Source of the DNA: an uncultured Bacteroides sp.
Lineage (GTDB): Bacteria; Bacteroidota; Bacteroidia; Bacteroidales; Muribaculaceae
NCBI GenBank assembly: GCA_964384885.1
Contig: CAYLMR010000002.1
Location: 10,137-74,136 of the forward strand
Length of the DNA: 64,000 nt
Direction: 5' to 3'
Below the pieces are notes generated by a model, which was given only the letters and a program-made list of their open reading frames with translations, had not been told where the DNA came from and searched no databases. This document shows, one piece after another, positions 1-8,286 of this stretch. The translations under genes and the position numbers were made by a program. The first letter of the stretch is position 1. Each line of letters begins with the position of its first letter.

Positions 1-82
1 CCAACCGCAACCACTCCCTCCTCGCCTCCTCCCCCCGCCTTCTCCCCACCCTCCGCCCCCACCTAACTACCAAACATACAAA

Positions 83-140
83 TGAAAACTACTAACGCGA
101 GTTTGGGATAATGATTCCGAACTCGTGTTAGTAGTTTTCA
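83..140 (+). terminator. 27-bp stem-loop, probable terminator between a + strand gene ending at the window edge and the convergent minus-strand operon
   Basis: TGAAAACTACTAACGCGAGTTTGGGAT-AATG-ATTCCGAACTCGTGTTAGTAGTTTTCA; the three non-Watson-Crick pairs are all G-U on the + strand. Confidence 0.7.
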
Positions 141-166
141 GACGATAAGGAAATATAACTTGAGCC

Positions 167-1453
167 TTAGTCTTTCGGGTCTTTTATTTCAAAGTCTAAT
201 GTTCTGTCGGGAATTGTTTCGACTGAAAACACTACATCCGGAGCGGAACCATTTCTTGATGAGGTTGCTTGAACTGTGACTGATGCTATGGATTTTGTAC
301 CGCTTGCAAGGGGAATATTATAGTTCTGGGATTTATTGTTGTAGAAAATTGAAACATGACAAACCCCCATTTCGCTCAAATTATTATATGTTGATGGTCC
401 GTAATAGTCAATGTAGAAGTTATATGTGCCAGGTTCCGGGGACTGCCAGAATATATTTTCTATGGCCCCATTACCACCTTCACGGTCGTCATGATCAAGG
501 AAACCGAAATCTCCTCTTTTATTGCCATAATAAATATGTGATCCGGAAGGCTCATAAGCGTGAAGATCAATGTCGGCATAGAAACTCCATGTGAGGGTTG
601 CCTTAAGGGTGCCGATGCCGGTTTTTAATGCTGCTATTCCCATGTCGGAATGGTTATTGTGAGAGTCCAACATTTCAAAAAGATTAAGCCATATCCATTC
701 GCAATAATCAACATAAGTATCATAGTTCAGGAAAAGGTTCCATGCGATTAGCCATGGATTTCCCCAGTTTGCAGCAAATGCTAACCCCAAAGTAATGGTA
801 TCAACCAGTTTATTGTCGACAGACATATCAACTGCAGACCACATCATCCTAAGAACGGAGAATACGGCGTCTTTAGTGCTGATGGGTAGATCTTTAAAGG
901 CCTTCCATCCCATCACTCCTTGCTCAGTAAGAATTGACGCTATAGCTGAAAGCGCCTGAGTCAATTTAATGTGTGCATCGTTATAAGGATTTGAAGACGA
1001 ACGGTTAATGATAGGATATGGTTGGTTAACCATCAAGTCGGAGACCTCCATTATATTTTCAAAAAGATAGGTCTCTTCTTCACTTACGAGGGCGGCGTTA
1101 ACGGTATTGTCTTCGTTGTATGAAAAGCAAAGTGTGAATTCTCCGTCTCCTATGCTTGCGATTGACCCGTCATCATTTGAATTGATCAGAAGAGTTTGTT
1201 CACTATCATTTATCGAAAGAATTGCGTTTTTAACTACCGGGAGATCTTCATATAATAAATAATAGGATGTTATCGCGCTGTCTTCCCTAAACACTATGCA
1301 GTCGAACGGTGTGTCGTTGTCTTCATCAACGATAATGATCTCCTCAATTATATTGGAATCTTTATCATCGTTATCCTTCAGAAAGTCAAAGAGGGAGCAA
1401 CTTTGCAGGAGCAATGAATATATAAAAAGAAGAAATATTGAGAGTTTTTTCAT
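167..1453 (-). CDS. Lipoprotein with C-terminal YfaP/DUF2135-like domain
   Basis: Lipobox LQSC after a hydrophobic stretch; C-terminal LKATLTW...DIDLHAYEPSG..IYY...LDHDD..G...ENIFW..PEPGTY..YIDYY resembles the DUF2135 signature. Confidence 0.75.
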   Translation of the reverse strand: MKKLSIFLLFIYSLLLQSCSLFDFLKDNDDKDSNIIEEIIIVDEDNDTPFDCIVFREDSAITSYYLLYEDLPVVKNAILSINDSEQTLLINSNDDGSIASIGDGEFTLCFSYNEDNTVNAALVSEEETYLFENIMEVSDLMVNQPYPIINRSSSNPYNDAHIKLTQALSAIASILTEQGVMGWKAFKDLPISTKDAVFSVLRMMWSAVDMSVDNKLVDTITLGLAFAANWGNPWLIAWNLFLNYDTYVDYCEWIWLNLFEMLDSHNNHSDMGIAALKTGIGTLKATLTWSFYADIDLHAYEPSGSHIYYGNKRGDFGFLDHDDREGGNGAIENIFWQSPEPGTYNFYIDYYGPSTYNNLSEMGVCHVSIFYNNKSQNYNIPLASGTKSIASVTVQATSSRNGSAPDVVFSVETIPDRTLDFEIKDPKD

Positions 1454-1485
1454 CAGGTTAGTTGTAGAGTAATGTGATTGCTTAA

Positions 1486-1530
1486 AAAGCAGATACTATG
1501 CGAAGTCCTGGCGACCATAGTATCTGCTTT
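1486..1530 (-). terminator. Intrinsic terminator-like hairpin between the TRL-like gene and the last gene of the operon
   Basis: 15-bp inverted repeat AAAGCAGATACTATG / CATAGTATCTGCTTT with A/T runs on both flanks. Confidence 0.7.
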
Positions 1531-1543
1531 CTTTTAAGTGATG

Positions 1544-1861
1544 TTATTCTCCGTAGACAATCGTGGTAGTAGAGGTGATAATGCCGAGAATGCTCTTTTT
1601 CTGGCTGTCGACATGGCTGATTCGGGTGATTCCGGCGTTCATGGCGGCGGTGTTGACCGACGCGTCCCCGATGGCTACTAGGCCAAGATAGGCGGTCGCG
1701 GTAGCAGTGCCCATTTTTGAGCCGCGCACATTGGAAGTTGCGATCTCGCCTTGCTTTAAGTTGGTATAGAGTCCACCGGTGCCTGCCTGTGTAGCTATGC
1801 AGCTTTGTAAGCCCACGGTAAGAGTAACGAGGGCGAATACCTTAACAATAAGTTTTTTCAT
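1544..1861 (-). CDS. TRL-like family small lipoprotein
   Basis: 105 aa, lipobox LQSC; GLYT...SKMGTATA..YLGLVAIGDAS...AA.NAGIT.ISHVD.....ILGI....TTIVYGE fits the TRL-like pattern. Confidence 0.8.
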   Translation of the reverse strand: MKKLIVKVFALVTLTVGLQSCIATQAGTGGLYTNLKQGEIATSNVRGSKMGTATATAYLGLVAIGDASVNTAAMNAGITRISHVDSQKKSILGIITSTTTIVYGE

Positions 1862-1907
1862 ACGAGTTGATATTTGGTTTTAGAAAAGTGAGAAATTTAA
1901 TGATTGA

Positions 1908-2594
1908 TTATTTTGTTCGGTTTTGCCGTTCCTGCTCAAGGATAATGTCGAGTTCTTCGTCGCTGGGCATATCTTCGGGATCGAATGATGGGATGTTATC
2001 AAAGCCTTCGGTAACGAAACCGCCATCGGCATTCATTTCTGAACTTGCTTTGGCATATTCCTTAATAGGATTGCCGCGTTTGCTATAGAAGTCCTTGATC
2101 TGTGGTATTATTTCTTTATAGATTTTTCCGACTTTCTTTTGTGTGCTAAAGAAATCTTTTCCGGCACGGATACTTCCAAGCCCTAAAGACTTGACAATAT
2201 TTGGAATGTCTTTTGCCATTGACGCGTATTTCAAGGGTAATTGCAGACCCTGCGTTGTCAAAGCTGTGAGATATAATCCACCTTCGACCATTTGTGTGGC
2301 GGCGGAGTGTGACTGATAAGGCTTGTTGTTTTGATCAACGACAATAATTGCAACAGTATCGCCGTTCTCAACGATTGATCGAAGTGAATACATGGGCACG
2401 CTGTCGCTCATATTCTTAACAGCCATGAAGAGCTTGTCGCTTTGATCGTAGAGGTCGTCAATAGATGTCACACCGGTGCGTTTTGGCGATTTCCATTCAA
2501 TCGACTTTATCCATTCCTGCATATTGGTTGGCTCTTCGGCGCGTAAACCAATAAAAGCTGCAAGAAACAGTATTAATGAAAATATATTTTTCAT
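1908..2594 (-). CDS. Exported hypothetical protein
   Basis: 228-aa ORF, signal peptide MKNIFSLILFLAAFIGLRA, tightly packed in the operon. Confidence 0.75.
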   Translation of the reverse strand: MKNIFSLILFLAAFIGLRAEEPTNMQEWIKSIEWKSPKRTGVTSIDDLYDQSDKLFMAVKNMSDSVPMYSLRSIVENGDTVAIIVVDQNNKPYQSHSAATQMVEGGLYLTALTTQGLQLPLKYASMAKDIPNIVKSLGLGSIRAGKDFFSTQKKVGKIYKEIIPQIKDFYSKRGNPIKEYAKASSEMNADGGFVTEGFDNIPSFDPEDMPSDEELDIILEQERQNRTK

Positions 2595-2602
2595 AAAACG
2601 GG

Positions 2603-4546
2603 CTATTTTTTTAAGATAGTCAATGAAAGACGTTTTGTTGTATAATCAGATATTTTGTAGTCTTTTAGGTCTACGGTTGAGTTCTTATAGGGAGAGTATT
2701 TTCTGTTTTGAGAATCAACATTCATATTCTTAGGCGTTGAAATTTTGATTTTGCCAATGCCACGACTGAAAAGGCGCGAGGCGCTTGTGTTGGCCATTGC
2801 ATTTATCTTACCATCTTTGGCTTGCTGTATAATGGTTTGGACTGTTTTGTTCTTGTCATCGACAAATTCAATCTTTATCACGGGTGATGAAGAAAGTGCA
2901 GACACGGCTCCATACATGCCGTTGCCCATGTCTTTCATTTCTTTGAACTCTATAATAAGCGGAAGCCTTCTCACACCATCTTTAATGTCGTTAAATTCCT
3001 CGGACATTTCGAGAGCGTAAGCGAGATTGATTCCTCTCTTCCGAGCCTCAGAGTATAAGACAGCATATTGGCCGGCAAGTTTTGTCGCTATGCTTTCCAA
3101 CTGTTTATTAATGGAGTTAAGCTTTTTGTTGCGCTCTTCAACAGAGTTAAACTTTGTTCCTCCTGTAATGATTGAAAAATACTGCTTTTCAAGAGAGCGG
3201 CATTTACGCACATCTTCGTCAAGAGTATCGACAAACCCACTTACCGCCGGAGCCTCAATCATGTCACGGCATATATCGGCATAGAGTTGCTCATCGCCAT
3301 CGGCAAAGTTATAGCTGAAGAGGCGCCTGGCTCCCGGAAGATCGAGTGCGGCGAGCTGCTTGTTGGCCATCATCATGACGAGTGTCGGGGTATCAAGAGT
3401 GATTTTATAGACTCTCTCCGGCGATAGAGGACTTTTGTCGTCAAGGTCGTCAAGGTGGAATGAAAATGTCTCGTAGTCTGGATGTGTTATTGTGAAAAGA
3501 GTCGGGTTGGGATCTGCGTCAGTTTCTGTCTTCACATATAGCCAGATATCGCCATTTTTTTCTATGGGGTCTCCTACGAGGCGATCTGATTCGATCTCCA
3601 TATCCTTGAGCGGAATGTCAATGATAATAAGAGCACTTTTGCGTTTTGAGGAATTTTTAGGATTCTTTTTATCAGCGAAGTCATATGTCACGGCATCATT
3701 TCCTGAAGCACGAAGGTCGTTCGGTGCCATTTCGCCCGACACTTTTTTAATGACGTTGAGGCCGGGGATAAGAGAACTTTCCCCTTCAACATTAAGTTGC
3801 TTATTGATCTGCTCCGTCTTCATCAGTGCTTTAAAAACTCCACTGTCTTTATAGAGGCGGTTATAGCAGATACGGGCGCGATAGAGGGCTCTGTCGCGTT
3901 CACGACCGGTTGAGGCCTCCGCCACTTTCTCATATTCCAAAGCTTTGGAGTTTAATGAGATCAGGGAGTCTAATCCTTCCAGATGGTTGGCGGCGATAAG
4001 TTTTTCTTCCGGCTCGGAATCCGATGCTGTGACTATTTGAGAATAGAGGTGCCGTGCAGCTACAAAATCCATGTCATTGAATAGCTTATTAGCCTCAATA
4101 AGATGAGCTGAAGGGAGCTTGAGTTTAATCTTATAAACGGTTCCGCCTTCAAGCGGTTTATCGCCGAGATAATCTGCGAAGACGGCCTTGCAATTGTTGA
4201 AATCAGGGTGATGGAGAGTTATAGCTTTTGCATAGTTTCCTGTCCATGCGCCTCCATAAGCATCATATAAATGGTCATCAGGATCGGAGGGGATCACTCC
4301 TTTCTGTTTAAGCACTGTGATCGCACTTCCATTTACTTCGTTATCAGTGGCGTTATTTACTTCAAGCACAAAAAGTGCCCAGGGTTTCTTGCTAAAAGGA
4401 TTGACCGGACCGTCATTGACTTTGCCTGAGATCTCTATCTTCTCAACAATCATATTACTGAGCTGGGCGCGAGATGTATTGGTCCCCAAGATCCAACACA
4501 AAATCAAGGCGAATGATATTCGGTGAATTATACGGGAAAGTCGCAT
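2603..4546 (-). CDS. Exported protein with two internal repeats (beta-rich module plus helical/TPR-like segment)
   Basis: Start moved to MRLSRIIHR (ATG 4546, signal peptide); the module ..HPD[FY]...PL....VYKI.L..P......ANK......D...AR.L[YF] occurs twice. Confidence 0.7.
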   Translation of the reverse strand: MRLSRIIHRISFALILCWILGTNTSRAQLSNMIVEKIEISGKVNDGPVNPFSKKPWALFVLEVNNATDNEVNGSAITVLKQKGVIPSDPDDHLYDAYGGAWTGNYAKAITLHHPDFNNCKAVFADYLGDKPLEGGTVYKIKLKLPSAHLIEANKLFNDMDFVAARHLYSQIVTASDSEPEEKLIAANHLEGLDSLISLNSKALEYEKVAEASTGRERDRALYRARICYNRLYKDSGVFKALMKTEQINKQLNVEGESSLIPGLNVIKKVSGEMAPNDLRASGNDAVTYDFADKKNPKNSSKRKSALIIIDIPLKDMEIESDRLVGDPIEKNGDIWLYVKTETDADPNPTLFTITHPDYETFSFHLDDLDDKSPLSPERVYKITLDTPTLVMMMANKQLAALDLPGARRLFSYNFADGDEQLYADICRDMIEAPAVSGFVDTLDEDVRKCRSLEKQYFSIITGGTKFNSVEERNKKLNSINKQLESIATKLAGQYAVLYSEARKRGINLAYALEMSEEFNDIKDGVRRLPLIIEFKEMKDMGNGMYGAVSALSSSPVIKIEFVDDKNKTVQTIIQQAKDGKINAMANTSASRLFSRGIGKIKISTPKNMNVDSQNRKYSPYKNSTVDLKDYKISDYTTKRLSLTILKK

Positions 4547-4550
4547 AGTT

Positions 4551-5579
4551 TCAGTCTTCGTTAAGATCAAAATCCGCGTCACTGAATTGTGTGGCATCAT
4601 CGGGATGGGTCCACACACGAGCCATGATTACCGGCTGTTCGGTATCCTTGAAATCCCACAGCACAAACAGACGTCCAACATCCGAATATGCCGATCCAAG
4701 CCACTCCTGGGTACACCACACCATGTAATAGCGCGGCATTTGATCGCCGTTGCTATCGGTTACCAATACAGTTTCATTGGCACCATATTCCTGATCCTTA
4801 AAATTGATAAAGAGTTCTTTGTTTGCGCGAAAAACTCTTTTCATTTTTGAAATGTATTGCTCACGGTTTTGCACACTGTAATTGAATTTGTCTTTGCTCT
4901 TGAATCGTGTCTCTACACCGGTGTGTTTGGTGGCACGCACGCCGGTAATGATGACGGCATCTTTGTCAAAAAGTTGGTTGAGGTATTCAATATCCTTACT
5001 CTCATAGGCCATTTTAAGTTGGTCCATCCAATAAGCGAGCATTTTACGGTTTTCCACGTCCTGAACCGTATGGGCGTTTTCAATAAGTTTATCGTATTGT
5101 TGTCGACTGATAGTGATGTTGAAGTCCTCGATTATGCCGGAGGGAGAAAATGTGATGGAAACCTGTGAATATTTTCCATCGCCGGACGCGTCACGGGGGA
5201 AAAGCTTAACCGGGATATTCCTTACTTGGTACATCCTTAGCGAGTTGACATTAAGAAGATTCTCGGTTATAAGAGGCGTCACGTCGTCATCATCTGCCCA
5301 AACTCTCAGAGGCTGGTATTTCCACATTTGCAAAATTACGTTTTTAGCCTTCTGACTTATTCCGATACCCGTGAAGTTAAGTGTTTTGGAGCCGTTTGCC
5401 TGCGAGTCGCTCATCATAGTGAGGAGTTTTACAAGGTTGGTCTCCATTGCTTGTTTTACCGATGCGGAGAGATCTGTTCCTCCGCCGGTGATTCTGAATT
5501 CCATAACATGACTTTCGGCAGCCGGAATACTGATGGTGCCAAAGATTGCCATGAATAAGGTGAAAATTATTTTTTTCAT
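4551..5579 (-). CDS. Exported protein with C-terminal NTF2/SnoaL-like domain
   Basis: Start MKKIIF (5579) with signal peptide; QLKMAYESKDIEYLNQLFDKDAVIITG...QEW....YSDVGRLFVLWDF...P.I.ARVW resembles Bacteroidetes NTF2-family proteins. Confidence 0.65.
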   Translation of the reverse strand: MKKIIFTLFMAIFGTISIPAAESHVMEFRITGGGTDLSASVKQAMETNLVKLLTMMSDSQANGSKTLNFTGIGISQKAKNVILQMWKYQPLRVWADDDDVTPLITENLLNVNSLRMYQVRNIPVKLFPRDASGDGKYSQVSITFSPSGIIEDFNITISRQQYDKLIENAHTVQDVENRKMLAYWMDQLKMAYESKDIEYLNQLFDKDAVIITGVRATKHTGVETRFKSKDKFNYSVQNREQYISKMKRVFRANKELFINFKDQEYGANETVLVTDSNGDQMPRYYMVWCTQEWLGSAYSDVGRLFVLWDFKDTEQPVIMARVWTHPDDATQFSDADFDLNED

Positions 5580-5611
5580 CAGATTGACATTTTGATTTTT
5601 AGTAGCAGATA

Positions 5612-6442
5612 TTATCTTTTGCGGAACCACAGACCTTTGGTATAGCGGTAAAGTGCGTCAGCTTTGCCGGTGCGGAAATTATGGCGATGTCCTCTGATCT
5701 CGGGTCCTAAGACAGAGATATTTCCGTTCTCTTCCACTACCCAATAACAGGCTGCGGAGTTTCGAGTTTGACGTGCAACTCCATAATCGCTAACAATGCG
5801 GCGATCCTTATATTTGCGCAATACGTCGGAGGCCTCTTTGAGTGATTTTGAATTTTGAAGTAATTCGATAAGCTCTTTTGTCGCTGCCGGAACATTTGAT
5901 GAAACCTCTATTTCAGCGACAATGTCTTGAGGCACGTCCTCCAAAGAATTATCGTTGGCAATTGAATTTTCTGAATGGACTTCAGCTTCCTGGTCGGGCA
6001 ACGTCGGCTCCGGAACAGGAAGGATGGTATCTTCTTTATTTTCCTGAGATTCTGATTCCTGCGGTTCGATGACGGTAGGACCCTCAGTTTCAGATGAAGA
6101 AATGGCTGTTCCGGCCTTTTCAAGCAGGTCGATGCGCTTCACATAGACAAATACACGCTTGAATTCCCCTCTGGGGATGACGATCTTTTCTACAGCTGCT
6201 GATATCGCCTCATCACTTATCGAAGCGTTGTTGGCATTGGTGGCTACAAAATTACGCGACATGTCAATAATCTGGCGCATTGCGTTGCTTAAAGCCGCAT
6301 CTTCGTTGGGGTCGGTTGATTCGGCGCTGATATATTCAGCCGGATTTTTTTGAATTTCTTTCACTTGCGCGGCAGGACTTTGTGCGGATAGTCCCAACCA
6401 CACAGTCGCCAATAAAATAGAAAGTATAATTCTTATTTTCAT
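5612..6442 (-). CDS. Exported hypothetical protein with an acidic Pro/Glu linker
   Basis: 276 aa, signal peptide ending LSA-Q; two globular parts separated by a low-complexity E/P/S linker. Confidence 0.75.
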   Translation of the reverse strand: MKIRIILSILLATVWLGLSAQSPAAQVKEIQKNPAEYISAESTDPNEDAALSNAMRQIIDMSRNFVATNANNASISDEAISAAVEKIVIPRGEFKRVFVYVKRIDLLEKAGTAISSSETEGPTVIEPQESESQENKEDTILPVPEPTLPDQEAEVHSENSIANDNSLEDVPQDIVAEIEVSSNVPAATKELIELLQNSKSLKEASDVLRKYKDRRIVSDYGVARQTRNSAACYWVVEENGNISVLGPEIRGHRHNFRTGKADALYRYTKGLWFRKR

Positions 6443-6454
6443 ATTGTTAGTTTG

Positions 6455-7597
6455 TTAATGGGCGAATAAACTCTGTATGTCCTGCAATGGCAGGTATGGA
6501 GTAAGTCGTATGTCAATCTCACCTTTTGACGAAGAAAAATTGCTGTAATCGAAACTTACACTCATAAGATGCTCGTAGCCGTTCATTTCATTCACCATCT
6601 CAAAGAGGGCTGATATTCGGTTTAGTCCCGGATTGATACCTTTAAGTCCAAAGAAGGGTGTGCATCCCTCTTCAATAAAGTAGTTTAACAGCGACTGTAA
6701 TGGAACTGAAAATTCCTCAGCTTTTCCACCATATCGGGCCATTCTTATATTGGCTGTAAATTCACAGGGAATTTCACCGGATATTAGTAGATTGGCAAGA
6801 CTTTCTACGGGATACGCAGGTGCGAACAGCAATTGAGCCATTGAGTCTACTACGCTATAGTAAGTATCGTTGTTTATTAAGGGTATTATGCAGTAGTTGC
6901 CTTTCTTTATATAGTAAGAACCCTGCAGACTATCGCATTTCAGGAGATTGGATATTTCCACCTCCTTAGAATTACGGAGCAATGTGTCGGTTCGAGCTAT
7001 CCTTTTGGCAAGCTTTTGCTCTCCTTCGTCAAAAGTATAGCCTTTGAGAAGCTTGTTGGATGCCGGAAAGCTGATTCTGAATAGCTCGTGATCATCCCGG
7101 CTCCAGATCAGGGAATACTTGTGACTCTTGTCAAGAGTCCAGGAGAAAGCGAGAGTGGTGTCGGAAGCAATGGTTGGCAATTTATCAAATCTGCCGGTCT
7201 CTACAATCACATCGTCAACTTTAAGCCGGTCTATTCCAAACTCGGTTTTACCTCCAAATGCGAGGTATTCAAGCAGGTATCGCTCGATGAAATCGTAGAC
7301 AGGTGACGCAGGCATCCCCTCTCGCGTGTGAGAAGTGAATAATTTGATACCTATATGACTCACCTCATTATCTCTTACCTTAATATTAAGGGGATGCTTG
7401 TTCCAATAATAAGTTCCACAATAATTGCCATCGGAAAGAGTGTCGGTAACCGAAGTCAGTCCTATTTTTGAGGCCAGCTTTAACAGGCGGTCAGTAGAGT
7501 ATCGGCCAAATATATTCACGGCCGATACTCTCTGACTCATTCCTATAAATGACAGCAGAATCAGGAGACTTACAATTGTTGAGGGGAGCTTGTGCAT
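6455..7597 (-). CDS. Exported hypothetical protein
   Basis: 380-aa ORF, N-terminal signal peptide, 8-12 bp gaps to its neighbours. Confidence 0.75.
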   Translation of the reverse strand: MHKLPSTIVSLLILLSFIGMSQRVSAVNIFGRYSTDRLLKLASKIGLTSVTDTLSDGNYCGTYYWNKHPLNIKVRDNEVSHIGIKLFTSHTREGMPASPVYDFIERYLLEYLAFGGKTEFGIDRLKVDDVIVETGRFDKLPTIASDTTLAFSWTLDKSHKYSLIWSRDDHELFRISFPASNKLLKGYTFDEGEQKLAKRIARTDTLLRNSKEVEISNLLKCDSLQGSYYIKKGNYCIIPLINNDTYYSVVDSMAQLLFAPAYPVESLANLLISGEIPCEFTANIRMARYGGKAEEFSVPLQSLLNYFIEEGCTPFFGLKGINPGLNRISALFEMVNEMNGYEHLMSVSFDYSNFSSSKGEIDIRLTPYLPLQDIQSLFAH

Positions 7598-7605
7598 AGA
7601 GGTTT

Positions 7606-8262
7606 TTATAGTTTCACTTCAATTCCGCTAAGATACCGTTCATCACCGGATTTGCTGACAAAATTTCCACCGCGCAAAACACCATTTATGATGTTTGCGT
7701 CTACAATCTTATCGTTAGGATAAATTGTGAGGGTTTCATCGTCAACAGATTGGAGGTCGAGTATATATCTCTTATTGAAGGTAAGAGTTTTACCATCGGT
7801 AGAGAGCGTTGCCGCACCCCCTAATACCAATCGTGGTGTGGTTGGCGGGGCTTGATCGCCAGGGTCTTCTCCACCCGGTTTTCCGGGTCCAACAGAGTCG
7901 GTGGGCTGATGGTCTATAGTATCGACAGGTTGCTCTACGACCTCGTCCGGGTCTTTGGTAGAGGTGGTCTTGTCACTGTTGATGGCCAGGAATATGCCGC
8001 CACCGATAAAAACTACGAGAGCTACACAGGCGGGAATGAGCCATTTGGGTAACCCGGTCTTTACGGGTTCGAGTTTTGAGCCGCATACGCTACACTTAAA
8101 GTCGCTTAGACGCTGTACGTTAACCTTCTGGATTTCACCCGAAGCGCATTTGGGGCATGGGCCGGTTGTGCCTTTATCCGGATCGAGGTATTCTGTATTT
8201 CGACAGATTCCCTGTTTGATGTTGCCTCCTGTGGAAGGACGCATTTTTGAGTTGGTTGCCAT
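7606..8262 (-). CDS. Zn-ribbon single-pass membrane protein
   Basis: N-terminal GIC...CPKC...FKCSVCGSKL, one TM helix (WLIPACVALVVFIGGGIFLAI), Pro/Asp/Thr linker, small C-terminal domain. Confidence 0.75.
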   Translation of the reverse strand: MATNSKMRPSTGGNIKQGICRNTEYLDPDKGTTGPCPKCASGEIQKVNVQRLSDFKCSVCGSKLEPVKTGLPKWLIPACVALVVFIGGGIFLAINSDKTTSTKDPDEVVEQPVDTIDHQPTDSVGPGKPGGEDPGDQAPPTTPRLVLGGAATLSTDGKTLTFNKRYILDLQSVDDETLTIYPNDKIVDANIINGVLRGGNFVSKSGDERYLSGIEVKL

Positions 8263-8286
8263 TGTAGATAGCTTTTTGAATGATTA

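Noticed and set aside
1-63. C-rich tract (G-quadruplex-like on the minus strand), mirrored by a G-rich tract at 12753-12800
   Set aside because: The two tracts are not true repeats of each other. Both can be explained as 3' ends of coding sequences rich in CTC/CCC/TCC codons.
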